NCBI GenBank assembly: GCA_963813075.1
Contig: CAWEXU010000004.1
Location: 32,001 to 96,000, forward strand
DNA length: 64,000 nucleotides
Direction of reading: 5' to 3'
Source: Methanotrichaceae archaeon
GTDB lineage: Archaea > Halobacteriota > Methanosarcinia > Methanotrichales > Methanotrichaceae
Position 1 is the first letter of the stretch. The number at the start of each line of letters is the position of its first letter. Both the position numbers and the translations under genes were made by a program. Below the pieces are notes generated by a model that did no database searches, had not been told where the DNA came from, and was given only the letters and a program-made list of their open reading frames with translations. This document shows positions 51,002-61,846 of this stretch, one piece after another.

Positions 51002-51127
51002 AAGCTTATATAGTATGTGATACTATTTAAGACTTATGTTCACTAACATACAGTTGATGAGGCTGAGAACGGGTTCGTCTGCAGAATGGAAAAAGCTATG
51101 AGCAATCAAGGAATGGAAGAGTCATAA

Positions 51128-51436
51128 ATGAATACAATCAACGTTATTTGCTGCTTTGCTGCCATCCTTCTTCTGGCCGCCGGCACCCTGGCTGAGCCCT
51201 CGATGAAGCTCGACGGAAGCGCAGGCAAATTGATTCTCGCTCAGCTAGCGGATCAGGGCCAGAATCAGAGCGAAATGAGCAATCAAACGAATGAGACGGA
51301 AAACCAGAGCAAAAATCAGACATTAGAGGGACTCTGGAGCTGGGGCGGCGTGCCTTCCGGCTTTACTCTGAACCAATCATCGGGAAAGCTGGAGGCGGTT
51401 CCCACCGGCGAGGCGGATTGGCTGGCTAATATCTAA
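51128..51436 (+). CDS. Small secreted hypothetical protein
   Basis: Signal peptide, Asn/Gln-rich, LWSWGGVPSG. Confidence 0.7.
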   Translation: MNTINVICCFAAILLLAAGTLAEPSMKLDGSAGKLILAQLADQGQNQSEMSNQTNETENQSKNQTLEGLWSWGGVPSGFTLNQSSGKLEAVPTGEADWLANI

Positions 51437-51536
51437 AGGACAGCAGGCATGGGATTCTGAGGGAATGAGCGGGAGAGCGGAAGTCTCCCCTGAAAATCCC
51501 CCAAGATGCATGATCTGTGGCCTGGGGCCTGAGACC

Positions 51537-52322
51537 TCAGTCCAGCCTCCTGCTCTTTTTCAGCCCGCCCTCCACTGCCTCTCTGATGATATAGCCGCCC
51601 ACATGCAGCACGGTGTCTCCTAGTTCATTGTCTCTTTCCATGGAGCCGGTGCAGGGATAGGAATGATGGGCCTCGGATATCCTCTCTCTGATGTCCGGCT
51701 GATCGGGCTCCAGGCCCAGCATCTTCTTGGCCACAAACCAGGTCGAGCCGCAGGGAGCGCTTCGCACGACATTGGCCCCCATGATCACATCCTTTCCCTC
51801 TCTGCTGCCCTGGACGGTGAACTCTATCAACGGATCGCCAATTCTTGCTTCCTTCAGGAACTGAGCGATGATGGGCTTGGAGGGATCCGGCCGCAGGGCG
51901 CAGAAGGGCTTGGCAAAGGCCGCCTCCATCCCCAGCTCTGCTGCCTTATCCTCCACCTGCTTTCTCTGCCCCAGCGGCATCTCCTTGGGCGACTCCGATC
52001 CGCCTATAATCGCTTTGACCCCCGCTTCTTTGAACTTGGGCAGCAGGCCGTAGAGAATATCGGGATGGACATTGATCACGATGATGATATCCGCCTTCGG
52101 TATATCCTGCGGAAGCAAGGGCTCCACATCATCTATGAAATCCCCGTACGTCGAAGGATCGGGCATCTCCACCAGGGCCACAATATCCTTGGCCAGGTCC
52201 GGGGCAACATTCCGGCATTCGGTGCAGGCATCTGCGCAGGAGATGCAGAACCCGGAGAAGTTTACCAGGTTGCCCACCACTCTAGCGCCGAATTCGCCGC
52301 TATAATATACCGCCAGCTTCAT
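51537..52322 (-). CDS. DUF166-like protein
   Basis: HPDI, KPFCAL, VRSAPCGSTWFVA, HHSYPCTGSM. Confidence 0.75.
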   Translation of the reverse strand: MKLAVYYSGEFGARVVGNLVNFSGFCISCADACTECRNVAPDLAKDIVALVEMPDPSTYGDFIDDVEPLLPQDIPKADIIIVINVHPDILYGLLPKFKEAGVKAIIGGSESPKEMPLGQRKQVEDKAAELGMEAAFAKPFCALRPDPSKPIIAQFLKEARIGDPLIEFTVQGSREGKDVIMGANVVRSAPCGSTWFVAKKMLGLEPDQPDIRERISEAHHSYPCTGSMERDNELGDTVLHVGGYIIREAVEGGLKKSRRLD

Positions 52323-53101
52323 CTTCTCACCATTTCTTTATCCTTGACTACCTTCCCGTCGATCATGCATATGAACTGATCGAGGGGGATATTCTTTCCC
52401 GATCTTTTCAAAGCCTCTTCGACCAGATTCATAAGATGAGAGCAGCAGGGAACCTCCATCCTGAGGACGGTTATGTCCCGGATCTCATTTGACTTGAGAA
52501 TCTCCGCCAATTTAGAGACGAAGGACTCGCCTGGGTCAAGCTTGGGGCAGCCGATGAGAACCACCCTCTTCCGGATGAACTCGGAGATGACCGGGCAGGC
52601 AAATGCCGAGCAGTCGGCAGCTATCAGCAGACTGGCGTCCTTGAAGTATGGTGCATCGGTGTGGGCCAGCCGCATCTGCACCGGCCAGCTGGAGAGCTGG
52701 GAGGAGGGGCCGAGCTTCTTCAGGTGCTGTCCCGGTCCCTCGCCTCTTCCCATCTGCGAAGCCTGTGGTCGGTGAATTGGGAGGGTCGCAGGGGGCTACT
52801 GGCCCCGATTCGCTCCCTCCTCTTCCGCCTTCTTCCCGGCGGGGCTGCTTCTCTCTGCTTTTGATTGCTGCTGCTCGGCTGCTGCCTTCTCATCGAAGGC
52901 TTCCGCCTCTCTTCGCTCTATGGTCAAAGCCCCGGTGGGACACTCGCCAATGCAGGCCCCCAGGCCGTCGCAAAACGATTCCCTAACCACCCGCGCTTTG
53001 CCGTCCTTCATTTCTATCGCGCCCTCTGAGCAGGCGATAACGCAGCTGCCGCAGCCATTGCAGAGGGACTCATCGATCTTGATGATATTTCTCTTTACCA
53101 T
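52319..53101 (-). CDS. hcp-associated Fe-S protein (ferredoxin + C-terminal domain; frameshifted ~52760-52800)
   Basis: CNGCGSC..C, CDGLGACIGECP; WPVQ, AADC, GCPKLD, MEVPCC. Confidence 0.85.
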
Positions 53102-53129
53102 TCCAACTCCCGATCAACAAATCCGAGAT

Positions 53130-54443
53130 CTACTCAGCCATCATCCTCTTGATATCCTCATCCGGGGTGCTGATCAGCCGGATGTCGTACTGGTCCACCA
53201 GGATCTTGAGCATATCATCATTGATCCATCCGGGGACGATGGGGCCCAACCAGATCCCTTTGATTCCCAATGCCAATAAGGACCAGAGAATGGCCACTGC
53301 CTTCTGCTCCATCCAGCTTACCACCAGGGTCAGGGGCAGGTCATTAACTCCCACTCCGAACAGGTCAGCCAGAGCTCCGGCCACCTCCAGGGCGACGATG
53401 GCATCGTTGCACTGGCCCAGGTCGATCAGGCGGGGAATGCCCTCGATATCCCCCAGATCCAGGTCATTGAAGCGGAACTTGCCGCAGGCTAAGGTGAGGA
53501 CCACTACGTCTTTGGGCAGCTTTTGCACGAACTCCCGGTAGTAGTCGGACTTCTTCAGGGGGGCATCGCAGCCTCCTACCAGGAAGAACCTCTTGATCTT
53601 GCCCTTCTCCACCAGCTCCTTGATCTTGGCGGCGTGCGAGAGCAGGACGGAGGTGGAAAAGCCGGTGGTCAGCTCATACTCTCCCGGAGCGTCTGGGAGC
53701 TCGGGCAGCTCTCGCGCTTTGGCTATCACCTCGGAGTAGTCGTATCCATCGATGTGCTTTACCCCTGGCAGGTAGACCGGCCCGGTGGAGAACATGCGGT
53801 CGATGTACTCCTCACGCGGAGGAAGGAAGCAGTTGGAGGTGCCGAATAGGGCCATGGGATACTGGGCGAAGAGCTTCTTTTGGTCAAACCAGGCTTTGCC
53901 CAGGTTGCCGGCCAGGTTCTTGTATTTCCGCAAGCCCGGATAGCCGTGGGCGGGGAGCATCTCCGAATGGGTGTAGACGAAGACATTCGTTCCCTCCACC
54001 TGCTGCAAGAGCTTATCCAGGGCGTTCATATCGTGGCCGGTGACCAGGATGCCGTGGCCCTTGACCGTTCCCGTCCTCACCTTGGTGGGCGTGGGCTCGC
54101 CGAACTTCTCGATGTGCGCCTTCTTGAGAAGCTTCATGGTCCGGATATTCATCTCCCCTGCTTTCACCGCTAAATTGAGGAACTCCGCGGGGTCGAAGTT
54201 CACATTGGTCAGGGTGGAGAAGAAACCCTTCTCTATGAATGCGTCCACCTCTGGATCAGTATAGCCCAGCTCCCGGGCATGATAGAGATAGGCGCTGATG
54301 CCCTTGATGGCGAAGAGCAGGTTATCCTGCAGCCGGGCGACGATCGGTTCCTTTCCACATACTCCCTTCATTGTGCAGCCGGTGCCCCGAGCGGTCTGGG
54401 AGCACTGGTAGCAGAACATGTCCAGTTTCTCAGTAGCTGCCAT
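53130..54443 (-). CDS. hcp: Hybrid cluster protein (short form)
   Basis: [10 protein letters not shown]...[38 protein letters not shown]. Confidence 0.95.
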   Translation of the reverse strand: MAATEKLDMFCYQCSQTARGTGCTMKGVCGKEPIVARLQDNLLFAIKGISAYLYHARELGYTDPEVDAFIEKGFFSTLTNVNFDPAEFLNLAVKAGEMNIRTMKLLKKAHIEKFGEPTPTKVRTGTVKGHGILVTGHDMNALDKLLQQVEGTNVFVYTHSEMLPAHGYPGLRKYKNLAGNLGKAWFDQKKLFAQYPMALFGTSNCFLPPREEYIDRMFSTGPVYLPGVKHIDGYDYSEVIAKARELPELPDAPGEYELTTGFSTSVLLSHAAKIKELVEKGKIKRFFLVGGCDAPLKKSDYYREFVQKLPKDVVVLTLACGKFRFNDLDLGDIEGIPRLIDLGQCNDAIVALEVAGALADLFGVGVNDLPLTLVVSWMEQKAVAILWSLLALGIKGIWLGPIVPGWINDDMLKILVDQYDIRLISTPDEDIKRMMAE

Positions 54444-54515
54444 TTTTTATTTCCTCACAACCAGTATACTAATGATACCAAAGTATATAACCTCGAACGT
54501 TTCCCTGAGTATACC

Positions 54516-54875
54516 ATGCAGGAAGGATGCACAGTAAACCAGACTGTGAAGTATATTGCCAGGAAATGGACCATGCTCATACTGCTGGAGCTGTACAAGG
54601 GAGAGGGGCACACCAGGCGGTTCTCTGAATTGAAGGCCTGCCTGGCAGGGATCACCCAGAAGATCCTATCCGTTCGGCTCAAGGAGCTGGAGCGAGAGGG
54701 GCTGGTGGAGAAGAAGATGGACAGCGCGGCCTTTCCCCTGAAGAGCGAGTACACCCTCACCGAGAGCGGCCTGGAGATGATCGAGGTCATCAAGAGCATA
54801 AAGCTGTGGGCCCTGCGCTGGAAGATAAAGAACATCGAGTGCGGCAGCCAGGATTGCGGGCAGTGCGTTCTGTGA
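54516..54875 (+). CDS. HxlR-family wHTH regulator with Cys-rich tail
   Basis: KWTMLIL, RRFSELK, ITQKILSVRLKELE, EYTLT; CGSQDCGQC. Confidence 0.9.
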   Translation: MQEGCTVNQTVKYIARKWTMLILLELYKGEGHTRRFSELKACLAGITQKILSVRLKELEREGLVEKKMDSAAFPLKSEYTLTESGLEMIEVIKSIKLWALRWKIKNIECGSQDCGQCVL

Positions 54876-55137
54876 GCTGCTGGGCTGTCCTGGGCGGGCT
54901 CAGTCGATCTTGACGGCAGCGAGTCTCTCTGGGATGAGACCTGAACTGCTCAATTTTAGTGATTGGGCTGGCACTAATTGGCAGATCATATTCGTCCTAA
55001 TAAATTCTCAGTACGGTTATTCCTGGGCAAGGACAAGGCTTTCATATGGACTCTCGTGCCGCGGGTCAAGTTCCTGGCAGCAAAAAAAATCTATTACCCT
55101 ATTCTACAGATAGTGATATTGAGAATGACGACAAAGG

Positions 55138-55275
55138 ATTTCTTAAGGAAAAAGCAGCAAAGAAAGGAATGGAGACGGCATTGCTGAGCGAATCTGTTTT
55201 GGCACGGGAATGGCTAGCCCAGAGGAGGACGAAGCTTGGAAGGATTTGTGAGAGGAGATGTGGTTGTCCTGCCTA
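55138..55275 (+). pseudogene. Antitoxin C-terminus + PemK/MazF toxin 5' stub
   Basis: ETALLSESVLAREWL/PEEDEAWKDL* then MEGFVRGDVVVLP. Confidence 0.6.
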
Positions 55276-55498
55276 CTGCTAATTTTGCCATAGAAAGCTG
55301 CATCCAGACCTGAGTCCATCAAAGGTCAGGATCCGAGCATTCTCCCCCTCGTCCGCGCATGCCTTCGTACTCTCGCCCGTCCCCCCCTTTGCATTCGCTC
55401 AGGCGCACTGCATGCAGAAAAGCAATCCTTGAGAGATCAGCCAGAATGCGGTCAGAAGGCTTATATTGCTGTCCCACAATAATTTTGCGAGGCTTTTG

Positions 55499-55911
55499 AT
55501 GGACCTATCAGTAATTGCAGCGATGGCTTCCTCAGTGGTGGCTCCATACCTGGCTAAAGGAGGCGAAGCTTTTGCCAGCGAATTTGGCAAGAGCGCAGGC
55601 CAAAAGATTGTCGAGCTTGCAGATCTTGTCAAGAGCAGATTTAAGGGGGATAAAGATGCGGAGGCCATTTTCAGTCTGGCGGAAAAGGATCCTCAATCCA
55701 GGGCACGCGTGGCCTCGCTGGAGGAGGAGATAGGCAAGAAGATGAAGGAGGATCCCGATTTCGCCCGGAAGCTCGGCGCATTGATGGAGGAGGTACAAGA
55801 GACGAATCGGGAAAGGTCGTCATAAATGCGTTTTATCGAAGTGTAGCAGCGCAAAATATCACCGGAAGCACAATTTCCACCGGAGACTCCAATCCCTCCA
55901 GAGAAGATTAG
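55499..55911 (+). CDS. Bell-like helical effector with C-terminal amyloid-like motif (frameshift ~55800)
   Basis: VVAPYLAKGGEAFASEFGK...DPDFARKL; continues VVINAFYRSVAAQNITGSTISTGDSN..* in the adjacent frame. Confidence 0.7.
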
Positions 55912-55964
55912 CTGGCCGAGAACAGACAGTGACCTTCAGCCAAATAGAGCCTAAACGGAGCAGT

Positions 55965-58900
55965 GTGAACGAAAAGATAGAGGCCTCAGATCGCAGCGTA
56001 GCCGCATCTGAGATCATCAAGAGCATTATTACCACAGGCAATAACAGCCCTGTCTTCCTGGGCTACGAGCGGCTGCGAGACGCAGTTATCCAGCCCAGAT
56101 GAGGTCTTCAGGCGGGTTCACATCGAGTCTTTTGTGGGCCGCAGGTGGCTGATAGATCAGGTCGATTCCATTCTAAATGATGAGAATAACAGTTGCGGCT
56201 ATCTGGTGCTGGAGGCCCATGCCGGTCTTGGCAAGACTGCTTTTTTGGCCTGGCTGGTAAAAGAGCGAAACTATATTCACCACTTCGTCGAGCTGGCCCC
56301 GGGACAGGAGGGAATTGAAAAGGGCCTGAAGAACCTGGCCGCCCAGATCATCCTGGCGTATAAGCTCAGTGCAGATGAGGCGATACCAGATGCTGCTGGC
56401 AGACCTGATTATCTATACCGGCTGCTCTCCCAGGCAGCTGAGAAGCGAGGTCCAGGCGAGAGGATAGTGGTTGTGGTGGATGCCCTGGACGAGGCTGGCA
56501 CCCCGCCCAACCAGAACGTTCTAGGCCTGCCAAAAGTCCTGCCGGAGGGCGTGTTCTTCATCGTCTCCATGCGGCCGGTGCAGGTCACACTGCAGTCTGA
56601 CAGATCCATAACTCCCCGCTGGCCTCTGAAGATCCTCGCTGAAAGCCGTGAGAACCTGGATGACATGAAGAGCTTTCTGCAGGCCTCCGCCGCCTGGCCA
56701 AAGGTGAAGCAGGCACTGGATGAGAGCAGATACACTGCAGATGATTTCATCGATGCTTTAATGAAGAAGTCTGGAGGACTGTGGATCTATCTGCATTTTG
56801 TGATTCCAGAGATAGAGCGGGGGGAGAGATCGCCACTGGATCTGGATAAGCTTCCAGAAGGGCTGCAGGAGTACTATGCAGGTTACTGGGATCGATGGCG
56901 CAAAGCCGATAAATGGTATGAACTTTACCTGCCGATTCTTACCACGCTGGCCGCAGCCCAGGAGCCCAGCACGCTGGAGCGCATTCTGGATTGGGCAGGG
57001 ATAGTGGCTCCATGATGATGAAAAACAAAAATTGAGGAGAATTCTGAAGGAAGAGTGGCGTCCATTCCTGGCCATCTCTGGTGAGGGGAAGGAAGAGAAG
57101 TATCGTTTCTATCATGCCACAGTCAGAGAGTTCTTCGAGGGAAAGGTAAAACAGAACAGTCCTATGGCGACGGAAAATGATTTGATTATATGAGCTTTCC
57201 CAAGCTACTAAAGAACGGCACAGGATGATAGCAGAGCGCTATCTTGCTCGCTGGGGTGGTCTGGAGAAGGGGCTGCCAGATCTGGTGAATAAAAGAGATG
57301 AAGACGACGGCTATGGCCTGCGCCACCTGGCCGCCCACCTGGAAGCCTCAGGGCAGGATGATGAGCTTCATCGACTGTTGAAGCTGGAAACCAGCCAAGG
57401 AAGAAACCTCTGGTATGAGGCTAAGGAGGCTGGAGGCGATACGACTGGCTACATCAACGACGTCATGAGAGCCTGGCGGTTGGCTCGGGTGGGATATGAT
57501 CGAAAAGATATAAAGAGAACTGGCAAGCTCATCGCTCTTCAAAACAGGTATGCATTGATCTTTACGTCCATCAACAGCCTCTCGGGCAACATCCCATCTG
57601 AGCTTCTGCTGGCCCTGGTGGAAAACGACATCTGGTCTAAAGAGGAAGGACTGGCTCATGCCAGACATGTTCCGGATCCGTCCAAACGGTCGCGAGTTCT
57701 TGCAGAGTTATCATCACTAATGAATGAGCCCAAATTTATGGATGAAGCCCTCTTGAGGCCCAAGAGATCCAGAATTTGGAGGATTCTGCGGAACTCTAGC
57801 CGAGATTGTTCCTAAAATTCAGGACATAAATGACGGGCTGGCGATGGCCCGAGAAATCGATGGATGATTATTGCCGGGCCATAGCTCTAGCAGAGATTTC
57901 CCTTAGACTTCCGGAAGATCAGAAGATAAAGATCCTGGATGAGGCGCTGTTGAATGCCCGAGAAAGCAAGGATTGTTTTGGGCGCGCAGAAGATTCTTAT
58001 TGGCGTGCCATAGCTCTGGCTGAGATTGCCCCCAGACTTCCGGACGCTCAAAAGACAAAGATCCTGGATGAGGCGTTGTCAGCGGCCCAAGAAATCGTGG
58101 ATGACTGGTCACGAGCCATAGCTCTGTTTGAGATTGCTCGCAAACTTCAGGGTATAGATAAAGCGTTGGAGATAGCCCTAGAAATCCAGGATGATTATCG
58201 GCGTGCCATAGCTCTAGCTAAGATTGCTCCCAGACTTCCGGACGCTCAAAAGACAGAGATACTGATGGAGGCGTTTTTGGCAGCACTAGAAATCAAAGCC
58301 GATCGTTCGCGAGCCATAGTCATGGCCGAGATCGTTCCCAAACTTCACGATATAAATGATGCGCTGTCGATAGCCCGAGAAATCCAAGATGGTTATGGGC
58401 GTGCTAAAGTTCTGGCCGAGATTGCTCCCAGACTTCCGGACGCACAAAAGACAGAAGTACTGATGGAGGCGTTATCAGCAACCCGAGAAATCCAGGATGA
58501 TCAATCTCAAGCTATAGCTCAGGGAATGATTGGTTCCAAACTTAAGAATGCTGATGAAGCGCTGGCAATAGCCCAAATAATCCCAGGAATGATTATCGAC
58601 GTGACATAGTTCTGGCTGAGATTGCTCCCAGACTTCAGGGTATAGATGAAGCGTTGGAGATAGCCCTAAAAATCCAGGATGATTATCGGCGTGCCATAGC
58701 TCTAGCTAAGATTGCTCCCAGACTTCCTGATGCTCAAAAGACAAAGATCCTGGATGAAGCGTTGTCAGCGGCCCGAAAAATCAAGGGTGATTATTGGCGT
58801 GCTGAAGCTTTGGTCGAGATCGCTTCCAGACTTCCGGACGCCCAAAAAATAAAGATCCGGGAGGAAGCTTTGTCAGCAACCAATAAGATTCGTGATCCAC

Positions 58901-59125
58901 CTCGGTCTGCCATTGTGATACTTCCAACTGAAGAAGAAGCTGAAGAAGAGTCTATTTATTTATCCCATGGGCGCTTACTATCTGCGATCTATCAACTATG
59001 AAGCAGATCAGATTTTCTATCTGACCTGTCGTCTTTAGCCACCTCTAGTGGCCAGGCTGGGCGGCGATGAGGCATTGCTGGAGACAATACAGGCTATAAA
59101 AGACGTGGGAAGATGGTGGCCTTAA
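55965..59125 (+). CDS. NLR/STAND protein: N-terminal amyloid-like motif, NACHT-like NTPase, helical repeats (multiple frameshifts; alternative start 55929)
   Basis: FVGR, Walker A AHAGLGKT, Walker B VVVVDALDE, GLWIY, LPEGLQEYY; RAIALAEIAPRLP repeats; ends AIKDVGRWWP*. Confidence 0.8.
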
Positions 59126-59365
59126 TTCTTGCCCAATATCTTCCTGACGGGGCTTTCTCTCTGTAATGCCCCCTTCTCAGATCCTTCTATCCTTCGATCT
59201 ATTGGCTGCAAGCAATATCCTGCGCCCTTTTTTTTGGGTATTCCCGCGAGTCGGCCTGCGGCCTCCCGCGCTAGCAGTCTGGCCCACTCCAGGCCGTGGC
59301 GGCCCCCCTGACCCCGCGTCCGCGGGGGACAAACTAAGAGACTTTGCCTTTTATTCTTATACGTA

Positions 59366-59813
59366 TTATTGAGATCGCAAGGATGAAATATCCTGTGGGC
59401 CAAACATCTCCCTTAATCTTCTTTGAACTTCCTCTAAGAGGTCATGATCGATCTCGCCAAACTCCCCTTCTAAGAGAGACTTATCCAGAGTTGCCAGTTT
59501 GTTCAACTTTATTACCGAATCTCTCTTCAATCCCGATCTCCTGAAGGTGGGCATCTGTCTGGCCAGAGGGACATCCTCAAGGATGCACGTTGATCTTTGA
59601 AGAATGAACGAAATAACATCGTCATGCTCATAGATCAAGACAGGCCTCACGCCTGGATCGTGAATGGAAAAGGAACGGCAACGATCTTGCCTATCATTTG
59701 TATCTGACTTTCAGGTCCTTAAGCGAGTAGATATCTGGCTCGTCTTCCAAGAACTTCTTCAAAGAGATCTCTTCCAGCTTCATTATCGCTGCCATTTCTT
59801 CTTCATCCGTCAT
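59366..59813 (-). pseudogene. Decayed antitoxin + PemK/MazF toxin pair
   Basis: SLKKFLEDEPDIYSLKDLKVRYK*, then MIGKIVAVPFPFT / RPVLI..SGLKRDSVIKLNKLATL. Confidence 0.7.
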
Positions 59814-60043
59814 ATCGCCTTCAAAGATGGTTATCCGGATCGATCCTGGAAAGCGACTGCATGGGCCTGTGGGCAACTGACGATCTGTCGGCTCGGGCGA
59901 TCTCCTCTGCGCCTTCTGCTAAATGGTTTTTCGTTTTTGCTTTTGATGTCCTCTTCATCCTGGCAGCCATTGGCGTTTTCATCTTGCATCTGCTAAATAC
60001 CTTTGGCAAGATCCAGCACATCATCTTCTGGATCGCCCTCCCC

Positions 60044-61412
60044 TCACCCCCTCAGCTCTCCTCTGGCCAATGAGAATACGGTGCCCACCAGGCACAGCCC
60101 GGCAAAGACCGCGAAGGCCATCTGGATGCTGCTCATGAGCATATCGATATTCTCGGGCGCGATCTCTACGTGGCCCATGATAATAGAGAAGATGAGCATG
60201 GCAACTCCCAGGCTGAGCGACTGGCCGATCAGCCGCATGGTGCTCACCATCCCCGATGCCACCCCGTAGTCCGCCGGGTGAACAGCGCTCATGATGGCAT
60301 TGGTGTTGGGCGAGGCAAAGAGGGCAAACCCCACGCCCATCAGGACCAGCCCTGCCAGGATGATCTCCAGAGGGGTCTGGGGAAGAAGACGGGCGAAGAG
60401 AGCCAGGCCCAGGACGCACAGCCCCATGCCAAGAGAGGCCACGATCCTGGGCTCAATGCTGTCCGAGAGCCTTCCCGCCAGGGGGGAGAGGGCGGTCTGC
60501 ACCGCCGGCTGGGCGATCAATATCAGGCCGGCTGCCTCCGGGCCGAAGCCCTTCAGATACTGCAGGTAAAGGCTGAGGAGAAATGCCACTGCTGCTGTGG
60601 CGCTGTAGTTGATCAGAGCGGCCAGATTCGAGAAGAGGAAGACCACATTATTGCGAAATAGGTCTCACCTTCAGCACCGGATTGGCGTTGCCGCTCTCCC
60701 AGCGGAAAAAGAGGATCATAGTCGCCCCGGAAAATAGAAGCAGTACGGCTCCCATTCTATCGGGAATGAGGGTCAGGCCATAGATGAGGGAAGAGAGCAT
60801 GGCAGTATAGAGCAGCGTTCCCGCAATGTCGAAGCTTTTCCCATTCTCCCCCTTCCACTCCCCCTTGATCTTCCACCTGGCGATGACCAGGGCCAGCAGG
60901 GAATAGACGGCAACGGCAAGATAGATGAACCTCCAGCCGGCGTATGCCGTGATGACTCCGCCCAGCAATGGTCCAGTGGAGAGGCCCAGGTATGCTGCCG
61001 CCACGTTGATCCCCAGCACCCGTCCCCTTTCCCGCAGGGGGAAGACGGAGGCGAGGATGGCAATGGAGGTGCCGAAGATCATGGCGCTGCCCACTCCCTC
61101 CACCATTCGGGAGGCGATGAGCATGTGCACCCCGGTGGAGATGCTGCAGAGCAGGGAGGATACGATGACCACCACCAGGCCCGCCAGAAAGACCCTTCGC
61201 CTGCCGTAGATATCGGCTATTCTGCCGAAAGGGACAATGAAAATGGCTGCCGAGAGCAGAAATGCGGTGACGATCCAGCCCAGGAGAGACTGATCAGGAA
61301 TGGAAAATTCGCTGTTGATGGCGGGAAGGGCAACGGTCACGGATGAGGTGAGAAAGGGGGTGATGAAGGAGGACATGCAGGCAGCAACCAGCACAGCCAT
61401 CTTGTCGTTCAT
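60044..61412 (-). CDS. MFS drug:H+ antiporter-like (DHA2) transporter (frameshift ~60655)
   Basis: VALPAI, GRIADIYGRRR, GPLLGG, GRLSD, FASPNTNA. Confidence 0.9.
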
Positions 61413-61552
61413 GGTAGGGCTGAGGTGGGCGGCATATGTTCATAAAGCCATCCCGATCCCTTGAATCCGATGCTCCTAATCCAGCCGATGAAAAAGAAAG
61501 CTGATCTTGATCCGGGTCATCGATCAAGCCAAAAGCTATCCTTGAGCCTCTC

Positions 61553-61810
61553 TCAGCCTCTTCCTTCCAGGATCTCCAGCCTCCTCTCCAAAGATCTGGT
61601 CCTCTCCATCAATTCGTTCAGCAGACCCTCAAGACGGGCGATCCTCTCCTCGTCCTGAGCAATCATTATCGGCCTGTTCAAAAGCTCCTCTTTATAATCC
61701 TCTAAAATCGGATTGTCCGAGTCTCGCAGAATTCCTCTCTTCCCTTCCTTCTCAAGCATTGCAAATGCACCTCCGGAGGGCAAATCATCAACTTGCCTTG
61801 AAGTAATCAT
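61553..61810 (-). CDS. Small coiled-coil hypothetical protein
   Basis: ERIARLEGLLNELMERTRSLERRLEILE. Confidence 0.4.
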   Translation of the reverse strand: MITSRQVDDLPSGGAFAMLEKEGKRGILRDSDNPILEDYKEELLNRPIMIAQDEERIARLEGLLNELMERTRSLERRLEILEGRG

Positions 61811-61846
61811 ATAGACGTTCTGCGAATATGCATCTTGCCCTCCGAT

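Noticed and set aside
57850..58900. Diversity-generating retroelement acting on the NLR repeats
   Set aside because: No reverse transcriptase or separate template repeat in the window, and the variation is not evidently adenine-specific.
7200..60660. Many frameshifts (FG-GAP, polyferredoxin, hdrC, TPR, dCMP deaminase, lysS twice, pyrH, NLR, MFS) read as programmed frameshifting or mass pseudogenisation
   Set aside because: They are single-base indels that also hit essential genes, often at short runs, so sequencing or assembly error is the simplest explanation. The NLR has more than average, so real decay cannot be excluded there.
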